DNA from: Parcubacteria group bacterium GW2011_GWC1_36_108
GTDB lineage: Bacteria; Patescibacteriota; Minisyncoccia; Moranbacterales; GWC2-37-73
Direction of reading: 5' to 3'
NCBI GenBank assembly: GCA_000991245.1
Contig: LBRD01000001.1
Location: forward strand, 69,467-133,466
DNA length: 64,000 nt
The position numbers and the translations under genes are program-made. How positions within the stretch are numbered: the stretch's first letter is position 1; each line of letters opens with the position of its first letter. Of this stretch, positions 36,866-46,686 are shown piece by piece. Below the pieces are notes generated by a model, which saw nothing but the letters and a program-made list of their open reading frames with translations, had not been told where the DNA came from and ran no database searches.

Positions 36866-36996
36866 AAGTTACGCGTTTCGAAACATTTCTTTTTTGGCCA
36901 ATTGTTGGCGACAGCAACTCTTTGAGCTTTTGGATATTGAGCATTTATCCAAAAGCGTGCCAAAGAAGAAAAGTTGAGAAAATGCGTAAGTCCTAA
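36866..36996 (+). repeat. 131-bp structured dispersed repeat, copy 2
   Basis: 5 substitutions and 1 indel versus 3674-3805 by manual alignment. Confidence 0.85.
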
Positions 36997-37282
36997 AATG
37001 CCGTGTTTTTCTTTTTTCAAAAAATATGCTAAGATGGATTTATTAAAATATCTTGCAAAACCCAATGGCTTGGTCCCTGGGAGATGAAGATAAACACACA
37101 TATGATATTACCTTATTTTTATAATTATATTTTTTAAACTACATTGTTTGTGGTTTTTTATTTTATCCGTAATTTTATAATTTTTAATTTTGTAATTTTT
37201 AAATAATGTTCAAATTTTTTAATTTTTAAAAATTAAAAATTAAGATTTATTTATAAAATTTAAAAATTAAAAATTTTTAAAT

Positions 37283-40200
37283 ATGAAGTATACCCATCTC
37301 CACGTTCACTCCCATTACTCACTTTTAGATGGTCTCGGCAAAGTCGATGATCTGCTTGATCGTGCCAAAGAACTGGGAATGGAATCGATTGCTCTGACTG
37401 ATCACGGTGTTATGTATGGCGCGGTGGAACTTTTTATTAAAGCCAAGGAGAAAGGAATCAAGGCAATCATTGGCTGCGAAATGTATGTGACTGCCGGCGA
37501 TTACACTTCCAAAGATGCCACAGCTGAAAACCGCAAAAGATATCATTTAATTTTGCTTGTAAAAGATGAGGTTGGATATCATAATCTTATGAAGCTTGTT
37601 TCATTGGCTCATTTGGATGGATTTTATTACAAGCCAAGAATTGATAGAAAACTTCTGAGAAAATATGCCAAAGGTTTAATTGGTTTATCTGCCTGCACAG
37701 AAGGAGAAATTCCCGCTCAAATTATCATGGGAAATTATGATAAAGCTAAAGAATTAGCTTTGGAATACAAAGATATTTTTGATGAAGGAGGTTTTTTTCT
37801 GGAAGTTCAAGATCACAAAAAATATCCCAGTCAAGCAATTGCTAATGAAGGAATTTTCAAATTAGCCAAAGAAATCAATCTGCCAGTAGTTGCCACTTGC
37901 GATGTACATTATGTCAACAAAGAAGACGCCAGTGCGCAAGACATCTTGCTTTGTGTGCAAACCAACCGCAAAGTATACGAGTCTGATCGTATGAATTTGA
38001 TGGATTTTGATTTATCCCTGCGCAGTCCTGAAGAAGTCTTGGCTGGCTTTCCTGACAATCCTGAAGTGCTTTCCAACACCCAGCTCGTGACTGATCAGTG
38101 TGATTTCAAAATAAAAATGGGAGAAACACAACTTCCCCATTTTGATGTGCCAGATGGGAAAACAGATATGGCGTATTTAGTAGAGCTTTGTGAAAAAGGT
38201 CTTACGAAAAAATATGGCGAAAATATCACAGAAATTCATCGCACGCGTATGGACTACGAACTTTCTGTTATTGAAAAATGCGGATATGGATCATACTTTT
38301 TGATTGTGCAAGATTTTGTTAACTGGGCACGTGCCAATGGGATTGTGGTTGGACCGGGACGCGGAAGCGCGGCTGGTAGTTTTGTTTCATATTTAACCGG
38401 AATTACCAATGTTGATCCAATTGAATATAACTTACTTTTTGAACGATTTCTTAATCCAGAGCGTGTTTCAATGCCCGATGTTGATATGGATTTTGCCGAC
38501 GACAGAAGAGAAGATGTTCTTAATTATGTACGTCAAAAATATGGCAACGATCATGTTTCACAAATAATTACTTTTGGAACTATGGCAGCCCGCGCTGCAA
38601 TTCGAGACACCGGCAGAGCGCTAGGAATTCCCTATGATTTTTGCAACAAAACTTCTCAAATGATTCCGATGTTTACTTCGATTAAAAAAGCATTAGAAGA
38701 AGTTCCGGAATTTAAAGACCATTACAATTCTTCTGAAGATGCTCGGAAACTCATCGACAGCGCAATGCGATTAGAAGGCGTAATCAGGCATGCTGGAATG
38801 CATGCTTGTGGGGTTGTTATTACCAAAGAGCCAGTAACGTATTATTCCCCTATTCAAAACATCACGGGATCGCGCGAAGGCACCGTGACTCAATATTCAT
38901 CTTCGACCAAATCTTCTTATGTGGAAAAAATTGGGTTACTCAAGATGGACTTTTTGGGATTAAAAAATCTTACCATTATTCAAAACACTTTGCGCATTGT
39001 CAAAAAGACCAAAGGCATTGACATTGATATTGATACCATTCCGATTGACGACGTTAAGACATATGAACTTTTGCAAGAAGCGCGAACAACCGGAGTTTTT
39101 CAATTGGAAAGTTCTGGAATGAAACGTTACCTCAAGATGCTAAAACCAACAGTTATCGAAGATATTATCGCAATGGTGGCACTGTATCGTCCAGGGCCGA
39201 TGGATTGGATTCCTGATTTTATTTCAGGCAAACACGGACGAAAAATAAAATATGTGCATCCAAAGCTTGAACCGATTTTGAAAAATACTTATGGCGTGGC
39301 GGTATATCAAGAACAAGTTATGCAAATTGCTCGCGACTTAGCAGGCTTTACTATGGGTGAAGCTGATGTGCTGCGAAAAGCAATGGGAAAGAAAATTTTT
39401 GAATTGATTAAGGAACAAAAAATTAAATTCGTGGAAGGTTGTATCGCCAACGGAAGCACAAAAGAAATTGCTGAAAAAGTTTTTTCTTTTATCGAACCCT
39501 TTGCTGGTTATGGTTTCAATCGCTCACACGCAGCTTGCTATGCCATCATCGGATATCAAACAGCATATCTCAAAGCTCATTATCCTGCTGCTTTTATGGC
39601 AGCGCTGCAAACATCAGATCAAGATAACATCGATCGCATCGCCATTGAAGCAGCTGAATGTCACGATATGGGCATCAAAGTTCTTGCGCCAAACGTAAAC
39701 GAAAGTTTTGAAGATTTTGCTGTGATCACAGCAACAGACGGAACTGAAAGCATTCGCTTTGGGTTTAATGCCATTAAAAATGTTGGTCACGTGATTGCCA
39801 GTGAAATTGTGGCGGAAAGAAAAAGAAACGGAAAATTCAAATCACTTGGCGATTTCCTGGAACGCGTCGAAACAAAAGATCTCAACAAAAAATCCATCGA
39901 CGCTCTGGCAAAAGTTGGAGCACTTGATGAACTCGGGGAACGAAATCAAATCGTGGAAAGTATGGAGCAAATCCTGATGTTCACAAAAAGTGTGCAGAAA
40001 TCAAAAAATTCAAACCAAGTAAGCTTGTTCGGAGAAGCTATTTTGGAAACTCCACAAGTTCCCCTTTTGGAAGTTGAGTCTGCTTCAAAAAAGCAACAAT
40101 TAAAATGGGAGAAGGAATTGCTTGGTCTTTATGTCAGTGGACATCCTGTTAAAGAATATCAAGCTTACATTGATAAGGTTGCAGTTTCACTGGACAAACT

Positions 40201-40834
40201 AACTCCGGAATTAGTTGGACAAAAAATTGCTGTCGGTGGCGTGATTCAAAAAATTCAAAAAATTCTAACCAAGCGTCAAGAAACTATGCTTTTTGTTATG
40301 CTTGAAGATACTAAGGGGAAAATAGAAGTTTTGGTTTTTCCAAAAGTATTGGAACGAATTGGAAGTGTTTGGGAAGAAGAAAGAATGATTATTGCAGAAG
40401 GCAGACTTTCTGATAAGGATGGTGTTTATAAATTAATTGTTGATGAAGCCAAAGAACTTAACCGCAGTGAAATTGAAAATTATCTTCGCGTTGAGGCGAC
40501 AAAAAAAACTTACGGTGTGAAAGATGAGGATGACAATAATAAAAATGATCCACCCACTCCAAGCGGAGACAGTGGCAATCAACAACAAATCATTGACAAT
40601 AATCCAGCCACGCAAGCAACAAGAAAATTAATAATTACTCTGCCACGAAATGCAACGCCAGAGATAATTCACAATTTATCAAAATTTTTCAACACTTGTG
40701 CCATTGGACAATGCAAGGTTTTTTTGCATCATCAAGAAAATAAACTTGAAACACCTTTTTCCATCGAGCACAGCCCAACACTTTTAGATGAAATTAAAAA
40801 AATAGTTAACGGTGGAAATGCAGAACTTGCCTAA
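37283..40834 (+). CDS. dnaE: DNA polymerase III alpha subunit
   Basis: HLHVHSHYSLLDG, GPGRGSAAGS, MPDVDMDF, YGFNRSHA, OB fold; no intein seen. Confidence 0.97.
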   Translation: MKYTHLHVHSHYSLLDGLGKVDDLLDRAKELGMESIALTDHGVMYGAVELFIKAKEKGIKAIIGCEMYVTAGDYTSKDATAENRKRYHLILLVKDEVGYHNLMKLVSLAHLDGFYYKPRIDRKLLRKYAKGLIGLSACTEGEIPAQIIMGNYDKAKELALEYKDIFDEGGFFLEVQDHKKYPSQAIANEGIFKLAKEINLPVVATCDVHYVNKEDASAQDILLCVQTNRKVYESDRMNLMDFDLSLRSPEEVLAGFPDNPEVLSNTQLVTDQCDFKIKMGETQLPHFDVPDGKTDMAYLVELCEKGLTKKYGENITEIHRTRMDYELSVIEKCGYGSYFLIVQDFVNWARANGIVVGPGRGSAAGSFVSYLTGITNVDPIEYNLLFERFLNPERVSMPDVDMDFADDRREDVLNYVRQKYGNDHVSQIITFGTMAARAAIRDTGRALGIPYDFCNKTSQMIPMFTSIKKALEEVPEFKDHYNSSEDARKLIDSAMRLEGVIRHAGMHACGVVITKEPVTYYSPIQNITGSREGTVTQYSSSTKSSYVEKIGLLKMDFLGLKNLTIIQNTLRIVKKTKGIDIDIDTIPIDDVKTYELLQEARTTGVFQLESSGMKRYLKMLKPTVIEDIIAMVALYRPGPMDWIPDFISGKHGRKIKYVHPKLEPILKNTYGVAVYQEQVMQIARDLAGFTMGEADVLRKAMGKKIFELIKEQKIKFVEGCIANGSTKEIAEKVFSFIEPFAGYGFNRSHAACYAIIGYQTAYLKAHYPAAFMAALQTSDQDNIDRIAIEAAECHDMGIKVLAPNVNESFEDFAVITATDGTESIRFGFNAIKNVGHVIASEIVAERKRNGKFKSLGDFLERVETKDLNKKSIDALAKVGALDELGERNQIVESMEQILMFTKSVQKSKNSNQVSLFGEAILETPQVPLLEVESASKKQQLKWEKELLGLYVSGHPVKEYQAYIDKVAVSLDKLTPELVGQKIAVGGVIQKIQKILTKRQETMLFVMLEDTKGKIEVLVFPKVLERIGSVWEEERMIIAEGRLSDKDGVYKLIVDEAKELNRSEIENYLRVEATKKTYGVKDEDDNNKNDPPTPSGDSGNQQQIIDNNPATQATRKLIITLPRNATPEIIHNLSKFFNTCAIGQCKVFLHHQENKLETPFSIEHSPTLLDEIKKIVNGGNAELA

Positions 40835-40870
40835 TTGACTTTTAGCATATTTTTGCTAAAGTAAGATTAC

Positions 40871-41002
40871 AATCAAATGGAGCTGCGGATTACCAACCCG
40901 CTTACAGGCTTCCGATTAAGCTGCTTGCGAACAAGCGCACAAAGTGCCCAAATAATACGGGAAATCGAGTGGAACCACCGCAGCGCAAGCTGGGGTCTCG
41001 AT
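40871..41002 (+). promoter_or_regulatory. T-box riboswitch-like leader of thrS
   Basis: Antiterminator ATCGAG-TGGAACC-ACCGCAGC-gcaa-GCTGGGGT-CTCGAT. Thr codon ACC in the loop of a short first stem. Possible promoter TTGACT..TAAAGT at 40835-40862. Confidence 0.75.
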
Positions 41003-41174
41003 AAAAAAACATTAATCTGTTTTTGCTGTATTGTTTAGGGTTTTTATTTTTAAATTTTTAATTTCCAATTTTGTAATTTTTAAATAAATCCTAATTTTTA
41101 ATGTTTAAAAAATTATGATTTTATATTTTATTTAAAAATTAAAAATTACAAAATTTAAAAATTAATACATAAGT

Positions 41175-42947
41175 ATGAAAGATGAATCAAACAAATTAGA
41201 ACTCCTCCGCCACTCCACTGCTCACATCCTTGCCAATGCTGTTTTGGAAATGTTTCCGGAAGCTAAATTTGGCATTGGACCGGCGGTGGAAAATGGATTT
41301 TATTACGACTTCGAACTTCCAAGAACTTTGATTCCGGAAGATCTTCCATTGTTGGAAGAAAAAATGAAAGCGATAATAAAAGCAAACCACGCATTTGAAA
41401 AAGCTGATGTTTCTGTTGAGCAGGCGATGGAAAAATTCAAAGAGCTTGATCAAACTTTAAAACTGGAACTTATTGATGATCTTCATAAGGCTGGAAATGA
41501 AACTGTCACGATTTATAAATCTGGACATTTTGTGGACCTCTGCTCTGGACCACACATTGAATCAACTGGCAAAATTCAGCACAATGCTTTTGCGCTTACA
41601 AAAATTTCCGGAGCTTATTGGAAAGGAGATGCTGAAAAGCAACAACTGCAAAGAATTTATGGAGTAGTATTTGAAAATAAAGAAGGACTCAAAAACTATT
41701 TCCACCTAGTTGAAGAAGCTGCAAAAAGGGATCATCGCAAACTTGGTAAGGAATTAGATTTATTTTGCTTTTCAGATTTAGTCGGACCAGGGCTTCCACT
41801 TTTCACGCCTAATGGAACCATCATCAAAGATGAACTGCAAAAGCATATTGAAAAAGTTTGCCGAGGATATGGTTTTCAAAAAGTTTCAACTCCACATCTT
41901 GCTAAAATAGATTTATATGAAAAATCAGGACATGCTCAAAAATTTGGAGATGAACTTTTCCAAGTAGCATCACATTACAAACAAAATTATGTGATGAAGC
42001 CTGTGCAATGTCCTCATCAAACTCAAATTTTTGCTTCTAAGGCTCGTTCATATCGAGACCTGCCTATTCGTTATATGGAAAGTGAAAAGCAATATCGCGA
42101 TGAAAAACCCGGAGAAATTGGTGGTCTTCAACGTGTAATTGCAATCACAGTTGAAGATGGTCACAGTTTCTGCACCGTTGATCAGGTCAAACAAGAAGTA
42201 AAAAATATGGTAGAAATTATTCAAAATTTTTATACATCATTGGGAATGTGGGAAAATCACCGTGTTTCACTTTCAGTGCGAGATTATGCACATCCAGAAA
42301 AATACATTGGAGAAGCCGCTGATTGGGATGTTTGCGAAAAAATGCTGCAAGATATTTCAGATGAAATGGGTCTAAATGCAATTAAACACGAAGGAGAAGC
42401 TGCGCTTTATGGTCCAAAATTAGATTTTATGTTTCAAGATTCTCTTGGCAAAGAAATTCAAATTCCAACAGTGCAACTTGACTTTGCTACTCCAAAGAGA
42501 TTTGAGTTGGAATATACCAATAACGAAGGAGGAAAATCTTCTCCAGTTATGGTGCATCGAGCAATTTTAGGATCTTACGAAAGATTTATGATGCTCCTCA
42601 TCGAACACTTTGCCGGAGCTTTTCCACTTTGGCTCTCCCCTGTTCAAGTTGCTGTTTTGCCAATTTCTGAAAAATTTGCAGACTACGCCGAAGAAGTAAA
42701 AAAGAAATTTTTAGAAAATGATATCCGTACCGAACTTAGCGACAAAGCTGAATCACTTGGCAAAAGAATTTCCGAAGCAGAAAAAATGAAAACTCCATAC
42801 ATTATTGTGGTTGGAGAAAAAGAAGTTGCAGACAAAACTGTAGCAATTCGAACTCGTGGAATTAGAGAGCAACAGACACTGCCAATTGACGAATTCATCG
42901 AAAAAATGGTAAAAGAAATTAAGGAAAAGAAACAATTAGTACCTTAA
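41175..42947 (+). CDS. thrS: Threonine--tRNA ligase (short N-terminus, no TGS domain)
   Basis: RHSTAH, DLCSGPH, RDHRKLG, YGPKLD, HRAILGSYERF. Confidence 0.97.
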   Translation: MKDESNKLELLRHSTAHILANAVLEMFPEAKFGIGPAVENGFYYDFELPRTLIPEDLPLLEEKMKAIIKANHAFEKADVSVEQAMEKFKELDQTLKLELIDDLHKAGNETVTIYKSGHFVDLCSGPHIESTGKIQHNAFALTKISGAYWKGDAEKQQLQRIYGVVFENKEGLKNYFHLVEEAAKRDHRKLGKELDLFCFSDLVGPGLPLFTPNGTIIKDELQKHIEKVCRGYGFQKVSTPHLAKIDLYEKSGHAQKFGDELFQVASHYKQNYVMKPVQCPHQTQIFASKARSYRDLPIRYMESEKQYRDEKPGEIGGLQRVIAITVEDGHSFCTVDQVKQEVKNMVEIIQNFYTSLGMWENHRVSLSVRDYAHPEKYIGEAADWDVCEKMLQDISDEMGLNAIKHEGEAALYGPKLDFMFQDSLGKEIQIPTVQLDFATPKRFELEYTNNEGGKSSPVMVHRAILGSYERFMMLLIEHFAGAFPLWLSPVQVAVLPISEKFADYAEEVKKKFLENDIRTELSDKAESLGKRISEAEKMKTPYIIVVGEKEVADKTVAIRTRGIREQQTLPIDEFIEKMVKEIKEKKQLVP

Positions 42948-42973
42948 TTTTATCTCAATAAGGGAGGTGTCCA

Positions 42974-43246
42974 ATGTCTGTGAATACATACAAAGAAGGT
43001 GGAGAGCGGCGAGATGTAATTCTCAAAAAAGATCATCTACACTTGCCAGATGGAAAGCCTATACCAGTTGCAGAAAGATGTTACACATCTATACCTTCAA
43101 CTGGCCAAGAAAAAGCACCCCAGGGGCATAGAGAAAAAACAAAAAACATCGGCGTGTTGCCAAAAACATCACTACCGAAAACGACATTGGCAGAAAAAAC
43201 GAAACTCCCAAAAACTTCGTTTTTTCCAAAAACCCCAATGAAGTGA
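42974..43246 (+). CDS. Small basic hypothetical protein (LPKT repeats)
   Basis: Strong SD GGGAGGT, 90 aa, followed by a hairpin at 43255-43280. Confidence 0.55.
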   Translation: MSVNTYKEGGERRDVILKKDHLHLPDGKPIPVAERCYTSIPSTGQEKAPQGHREKTKNIGVLPKTSLPKTTLAEKTKLPKTSFFPKTPMK

Positions 43247-43335
43247 GTTTCCTCAATGGAGTCGCAACCGCGGCTCCATTACCCTTTTATACAATTACTG
43301 TATTTTGCTATATGTTTTATGTTATCTGATTATTT

Positions 43336-44733
43336 ATGAAATATTTTATCAAAACATTTGGTTGCCAGATGAATGTTAGCGACAGCGAGCGCATCGCTGC
43401 TTTTTTAGAGCAGCATAATTTTTCTGTTGCTGATAACATCAAAGAAGCTGATTTGGCAATTTTCAATACTTGCGGAATAAAACAAACTGCTGAAAACCGC
43501 GCTTACAGCATGATCAACAATTTGCGCAAGGAGAAAAAACAAGACGTAAAGATAATAATGACGGGCTGCCTTGCAAATCGCGCGGATGTGCAGAAGAGAA
43601 TGAAATCAAAAGTTGATTTATTCTTCCCCGTTAAAGATATTAGGGAATTTGAAAATTGGATCATTGAAAATTATTTGGAAATTGGAAATTGGAAATTGGA
43701 AATTGCGGCACCAAATAAAATTACCAACAAAGAAAAAATCGCATATCTCTCTATTAATCCAAAATATAGTAGCAATTATGCCGCTTATGTTCCTATTATG
43801 ACTGGCTGCAATAATTTCTGCAGTTATTGTGTTGTTCCAAATGCGCGCGGACGCGAGGTTTCTCGTCCTGTAGAAGAAATAATCAAAGAAATTAAAAACC
43901 TTATTACAAAAGGATACAAAAGCATCACACTACTGGGACAAAATGTTAATAGTTATACTTCAAAGGTTTATAAAGTTCGTAAGGTTCGTAAGGTTCATAA
44001 AGAAAACATAGAGGAAATTAATTTTTCGAAATTGTTAAAAAAAATAAATTCAGTTCCAGGAAAATTCTGGATTAGTTTTGTTTCGTCGCATCCCAAAGAT
44101 ATGAGCGATGAATTAATAGAAACAGTAGCAAAATGCAAAAAGGTTTGCGAATGGATTCATTTGCCAATGCAAGCTGGGGATGATGAAATTTTGCGAAGAA
44201 TGAATAGAAAATATACCCAAAAACATTATTTACAGCAAATTAAAAAAATGCGAGCTGCATTTAAAAAATACAAACCTGATTCACTACATTCCATTTCATC
44301 TGATATTATTGTGGGTTTTCCCGGTGAAACAAACAAACAGTTTCTTGAGTCTGCTGAAGTAATGAAGAAATCAAAATTTGATATGGTCTTTTTCGGGCAA
44401 TACTCTCCCCGCCCTGAAACAGTAGCCTGGAAAATGAAAGACAATGTTTCACAAAAAGAAAAGTTTAGGCGTGAAAATTTTCTTAATGAAATTCTCAAGA
44501 AAACCGCTTTTGCAAATAATAAAAAATATGTTGGCAAAACTTTCGAAGTACTTATTGAAACCTGTCGCTCGCGAGCGACGGGTGAAAAAGAAAAAAACAA
44601 TGTCTACTTCGGCAAAACCAGAACCCAGAAAAATGTAAAGCTTATTTCTAACAAAAAAATTCAAATCGGAACATTTATGAAAGTTGAAATTACTAAAGCT
44701 AACATTTGGAACTTAGAAGGTAAAGCAAAATAA
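43336..44733 (+). CDS. miaB: tRNA-2-methylthio-N6-dimethylallyladenosine synthase MiaB
   Basis: TFGCQMN, NTC, GCNNFCSYC, LLGQNVNSY, DIIVGFPGET, TRAM domain. Confidence 0.9.
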   Translation: MKYFIKTFGCQMNVSDSERIAAFLEQHNFSVADNIKEADLAIFNTCGIKQTAENRAYSMINNLRKEKKQDVKIIMTGCLANRADVQKRMKSKVDLFFPVKDIREFENWIIENYLEIGNWKLEIAAPNKITNKEKIAYLSINPKYSSNYAAYVPIMTGCNNFCSYCVVPNARGREVSRPVEEIIKEIKNLITKGYKSITLLGQNVNSYTSKVYKVRKVRKVHKENIEEINFSKLLKKINSVPGKFWISFVSSHPKDMSDELIETVAKCKKVCEWIHLPMQAGDDEILRRMNRKYTQKHYLQQIKKMRAAFKKYKPDSLHSISSDIIVGFPGETNKQFLESAEVMKKSKFDMVFFGQYSPRPETVAWKMKDNVSQKEKFRRENFLNEILKKTAFANNKKYVGKTFEVLIETCRSRATGEKEKNNVYFGKTRTQKNVKLISNKKIQIGTFMKVEITKANIWNLEGKAK

Positions 44734-44734
44734 T

Positions 44735-45670
44735 ATGCAAACACAAGCACCAAAAATCATCGTTGTTATGGGACCCACCGCTTCTGGTAAATCCGGAATC
44801 GCTATTAAACTTGCTCAAAAATTTAATGGTGAAATTATCTCAGCCGATTCAAGACAGATTTACAGAGGTCTTGATATTGGCGCAGGCAAAGTTGATGGAG
44901 CATGGAGCATGGAGCATGGAATATTTGTTTCTGACAATGTTTTACACCACTTGATTGATGTGGCTGAGCCAATGGAAGATTATAATATTTCACATTTCAA
45001 AAAAGATGCTGAAAAAATAATTAGAGAAATTATTGAGCGTGGAAAAATCCCAATCATTTGCGGTGGAACAAATTTTTGGATTGATTCAATCACGAAAAAC
45101 ACAACCATACCCGAAGTCGCACCCGACGAACTGCTACGTAGCATGTTACGTAGCAAAACAACTGAGGAACTTTTTGAAGAATTAAAAAAACTTGATCCTG
45201 AGCGCGCGAAAAACATCGATGCAAAAAACCCAGTGCGCCTCATTCGCGCAATTGAAATATGCAAAGAACTTGGCGCAGTTCCAATGTTGTCAGTTGTCAG
45301 TTATGAGTCGTCAGTTAAAAAATATGCTTTTTTGCAAATTGGGATAAAAACTGAGCGAGAAGAATTAAATGCAAAAATACAAAAACGCCTTAATGAACGT
45401 TTTGATGAGGGGATGATTCAAGAAGTTGAAAAGCTCCAAAAAAATGGAGTTTCTTGGCAATGGATGGAGCGCATTGGCTTGGAATATCGCTGGATATCAA
45501 GATTTCTGCAAAACAAGGTTGAGTTAGATGAGATGAAAAAACTTTTATATTTTGACATTATCCACTTCGCCAAACGTCAAATGACTTGGCTTAAAAGAAA
45601 CAAAGATATTGTCTGGCTAGACAAGTATGAAGATATTGAAAAAGAAGTTAAAAATTTTCTTGAAAAATAA
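44735..45670 (+). CDS. miaA: tRNA dimethylallyltransferase
   Basis: GPTASGKS, SADSRQIY, HHLID, RLIRAIE, AKRQMTW. Confidence 0.95.
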   Translation: MQTQAPKIIVVMGPTASGKSGIAIKLAQKFNGEIISADSRQIYRGLDIGAGKVDGAWSMEHGIFVSDNVLHHLIDVAEPMEDYNISHFKKDAEKIIREIIERGKIPIICGGTNFWIDSITKNTTIPEVAPDELLRSMLRSKTTEELFEELKKLDPERAKNIDAKNPVRLIRAIEICKELGAVPMLSVVSYESSVKKYAFLQIGIKTEREELNAKIQKRLNERFDEGMIQEVEKLQKNGVSWQWMERIGLEYRWISRFLQNKVELDEMKKLLYFDIIHFAKRQMTWLKRNKDIVWLDKYEDIEKEVKNFLEK

Positions 45671-45753
45671 GAGGTATAAACCTCTTGAGAAATGTCGCTC
45701 ACTCGGAAATATTCGTCTGCTGACGAATCATTTCGCTCGTTTTGCTAGATAAT

Positions 45754-45789
45754 AAAAGAGGGCTGACGTGTTTCGCGTCAGCCCTTTAT
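45754..45789. terminator. Bidirectional terminator
   Basis: AGGGCTGACG-tgtttcg-CGTCAGCCCT with A/T flanks between convergent genes. Confidence 0.7.
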
Positions 45790-45800
45790 TTCCACAATTC

Positions 45801-46040
45801 TTATGCTGCCAATAAATAGTCTAAGTGTGATTTCTCTGCAAATCCACCCAGTTGTTGCGGATGTCCAGCGCAACAGCAGCATGTTTCATTTTTAAGATTC
45901 ATATTTCTTGCCTTTTCAACAGGTCCAACACTCAATGTCCAAATATCTTGGAAATTGTTTTCTCCAAACATAACCCTTTCCTTTACTGCTTTTCCACAAT
46001 GATCACACCAAGCAACAAGCTGATTTCCGTTTGTACACAT
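45801..46040 (-). CDS. Small Cys-rich hypothetical protein
   Basis: CDHCG and CCCC motifs; purine-rich SD-like sequence upstream. Confidence 0.5.
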   Translation of the reverse strand: MCTNGNQLVAWCDHCGKAVKERVMFGENNFQDIWTLSVGPVEKARNMNLKNETCCCCAGHPQQLGGFAEKSHLDYLLAA

Positions 46041-46289
46041 AGACACACCCCTTTCTTGAACATCTCTGTATTCAAGTTGTTATAGGTTAACTGCATTTTT
46101 TCAAAGAACCGATTTTTGCTCAAAAAAAATCACCATCACTGGCGATTTTCAATCACATATTTTTACTATATATTCAAATTTTCCTTGTATTTTTTTACTC
46201 ATTAAAATCATTATACACCCACCCTATTTCCAATACAAATTGACTTATCCACAGACTCAAAGTCCATTTCAGTATCAGCTACTAACTGT

Positions 46290-46682
46290 TTAGATTTCTT
46301 TATTTGTAAGATATTTATAAATAGAATTTAATTTGTTAAGCACTGGCAAAACTTCTGCTATATTGCCATACACTGAAAGATTTTTAATGTCATCACTTAT
46401 CTGATTAGCTATGTCTTCTCGATCTTTAATTGGGGCAAATTCTGCAATCTTCACAAAACCCATATATTTCTCCATATCAATGCTTTCTATAATTTCTTTT
46501 GCTGCATCTTCGGAGTTGTCTGGATTTTTTATATCACTTCTAATTCTTTCCGTAGCCTGAAGCATGACAACGTCGGGATCAATTCCTTTTTTTTGCAATT
46601 TTTCCCTTTCTGCTGGTGTAAGTGAAACCTGCCCCTTTTTGTATTCATGTAATCCTCTTCCTTGTGATATTTTTTCAGGCAT
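46290..46682 (-). CDS. Hypothetical protein
   Basis: 130-aa ORF directly downstream of gatB. Confidence 0.65.
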   Translation of the reverse strand: MPEKISQGRGLHEYKKGQVSLTPAEREKLQKKGIDPDVVMLQATERIRSDIKNPDNSEDAAKEIIESIDMEKYMGFVKIAEFAPIKDREDIANQISDDIKNLSVYGNIAEVLPVLNKLNSIYKYLTNKEI

Positions 46683-46686
46683 ATTT

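Noticed and set aside
36862-37101. 79-aa ORF (and a similar ending in ORF 3551-3733)
   Set aside because: Mostly read through the 131-bp structured repeat, with no coding evidence.
37283-40834. Intein in DnaE
   Set aside because: Length is normal and no splice motifs were seen; the extra C-terminal segment is a low-complexity linker.
46245-46253. Perfect DnaA box TTATCCACA (plus a near match at 36835) as oriC
   Set aside because: Isolated boxes with no cluster and no dnaA/dnaN nearby.
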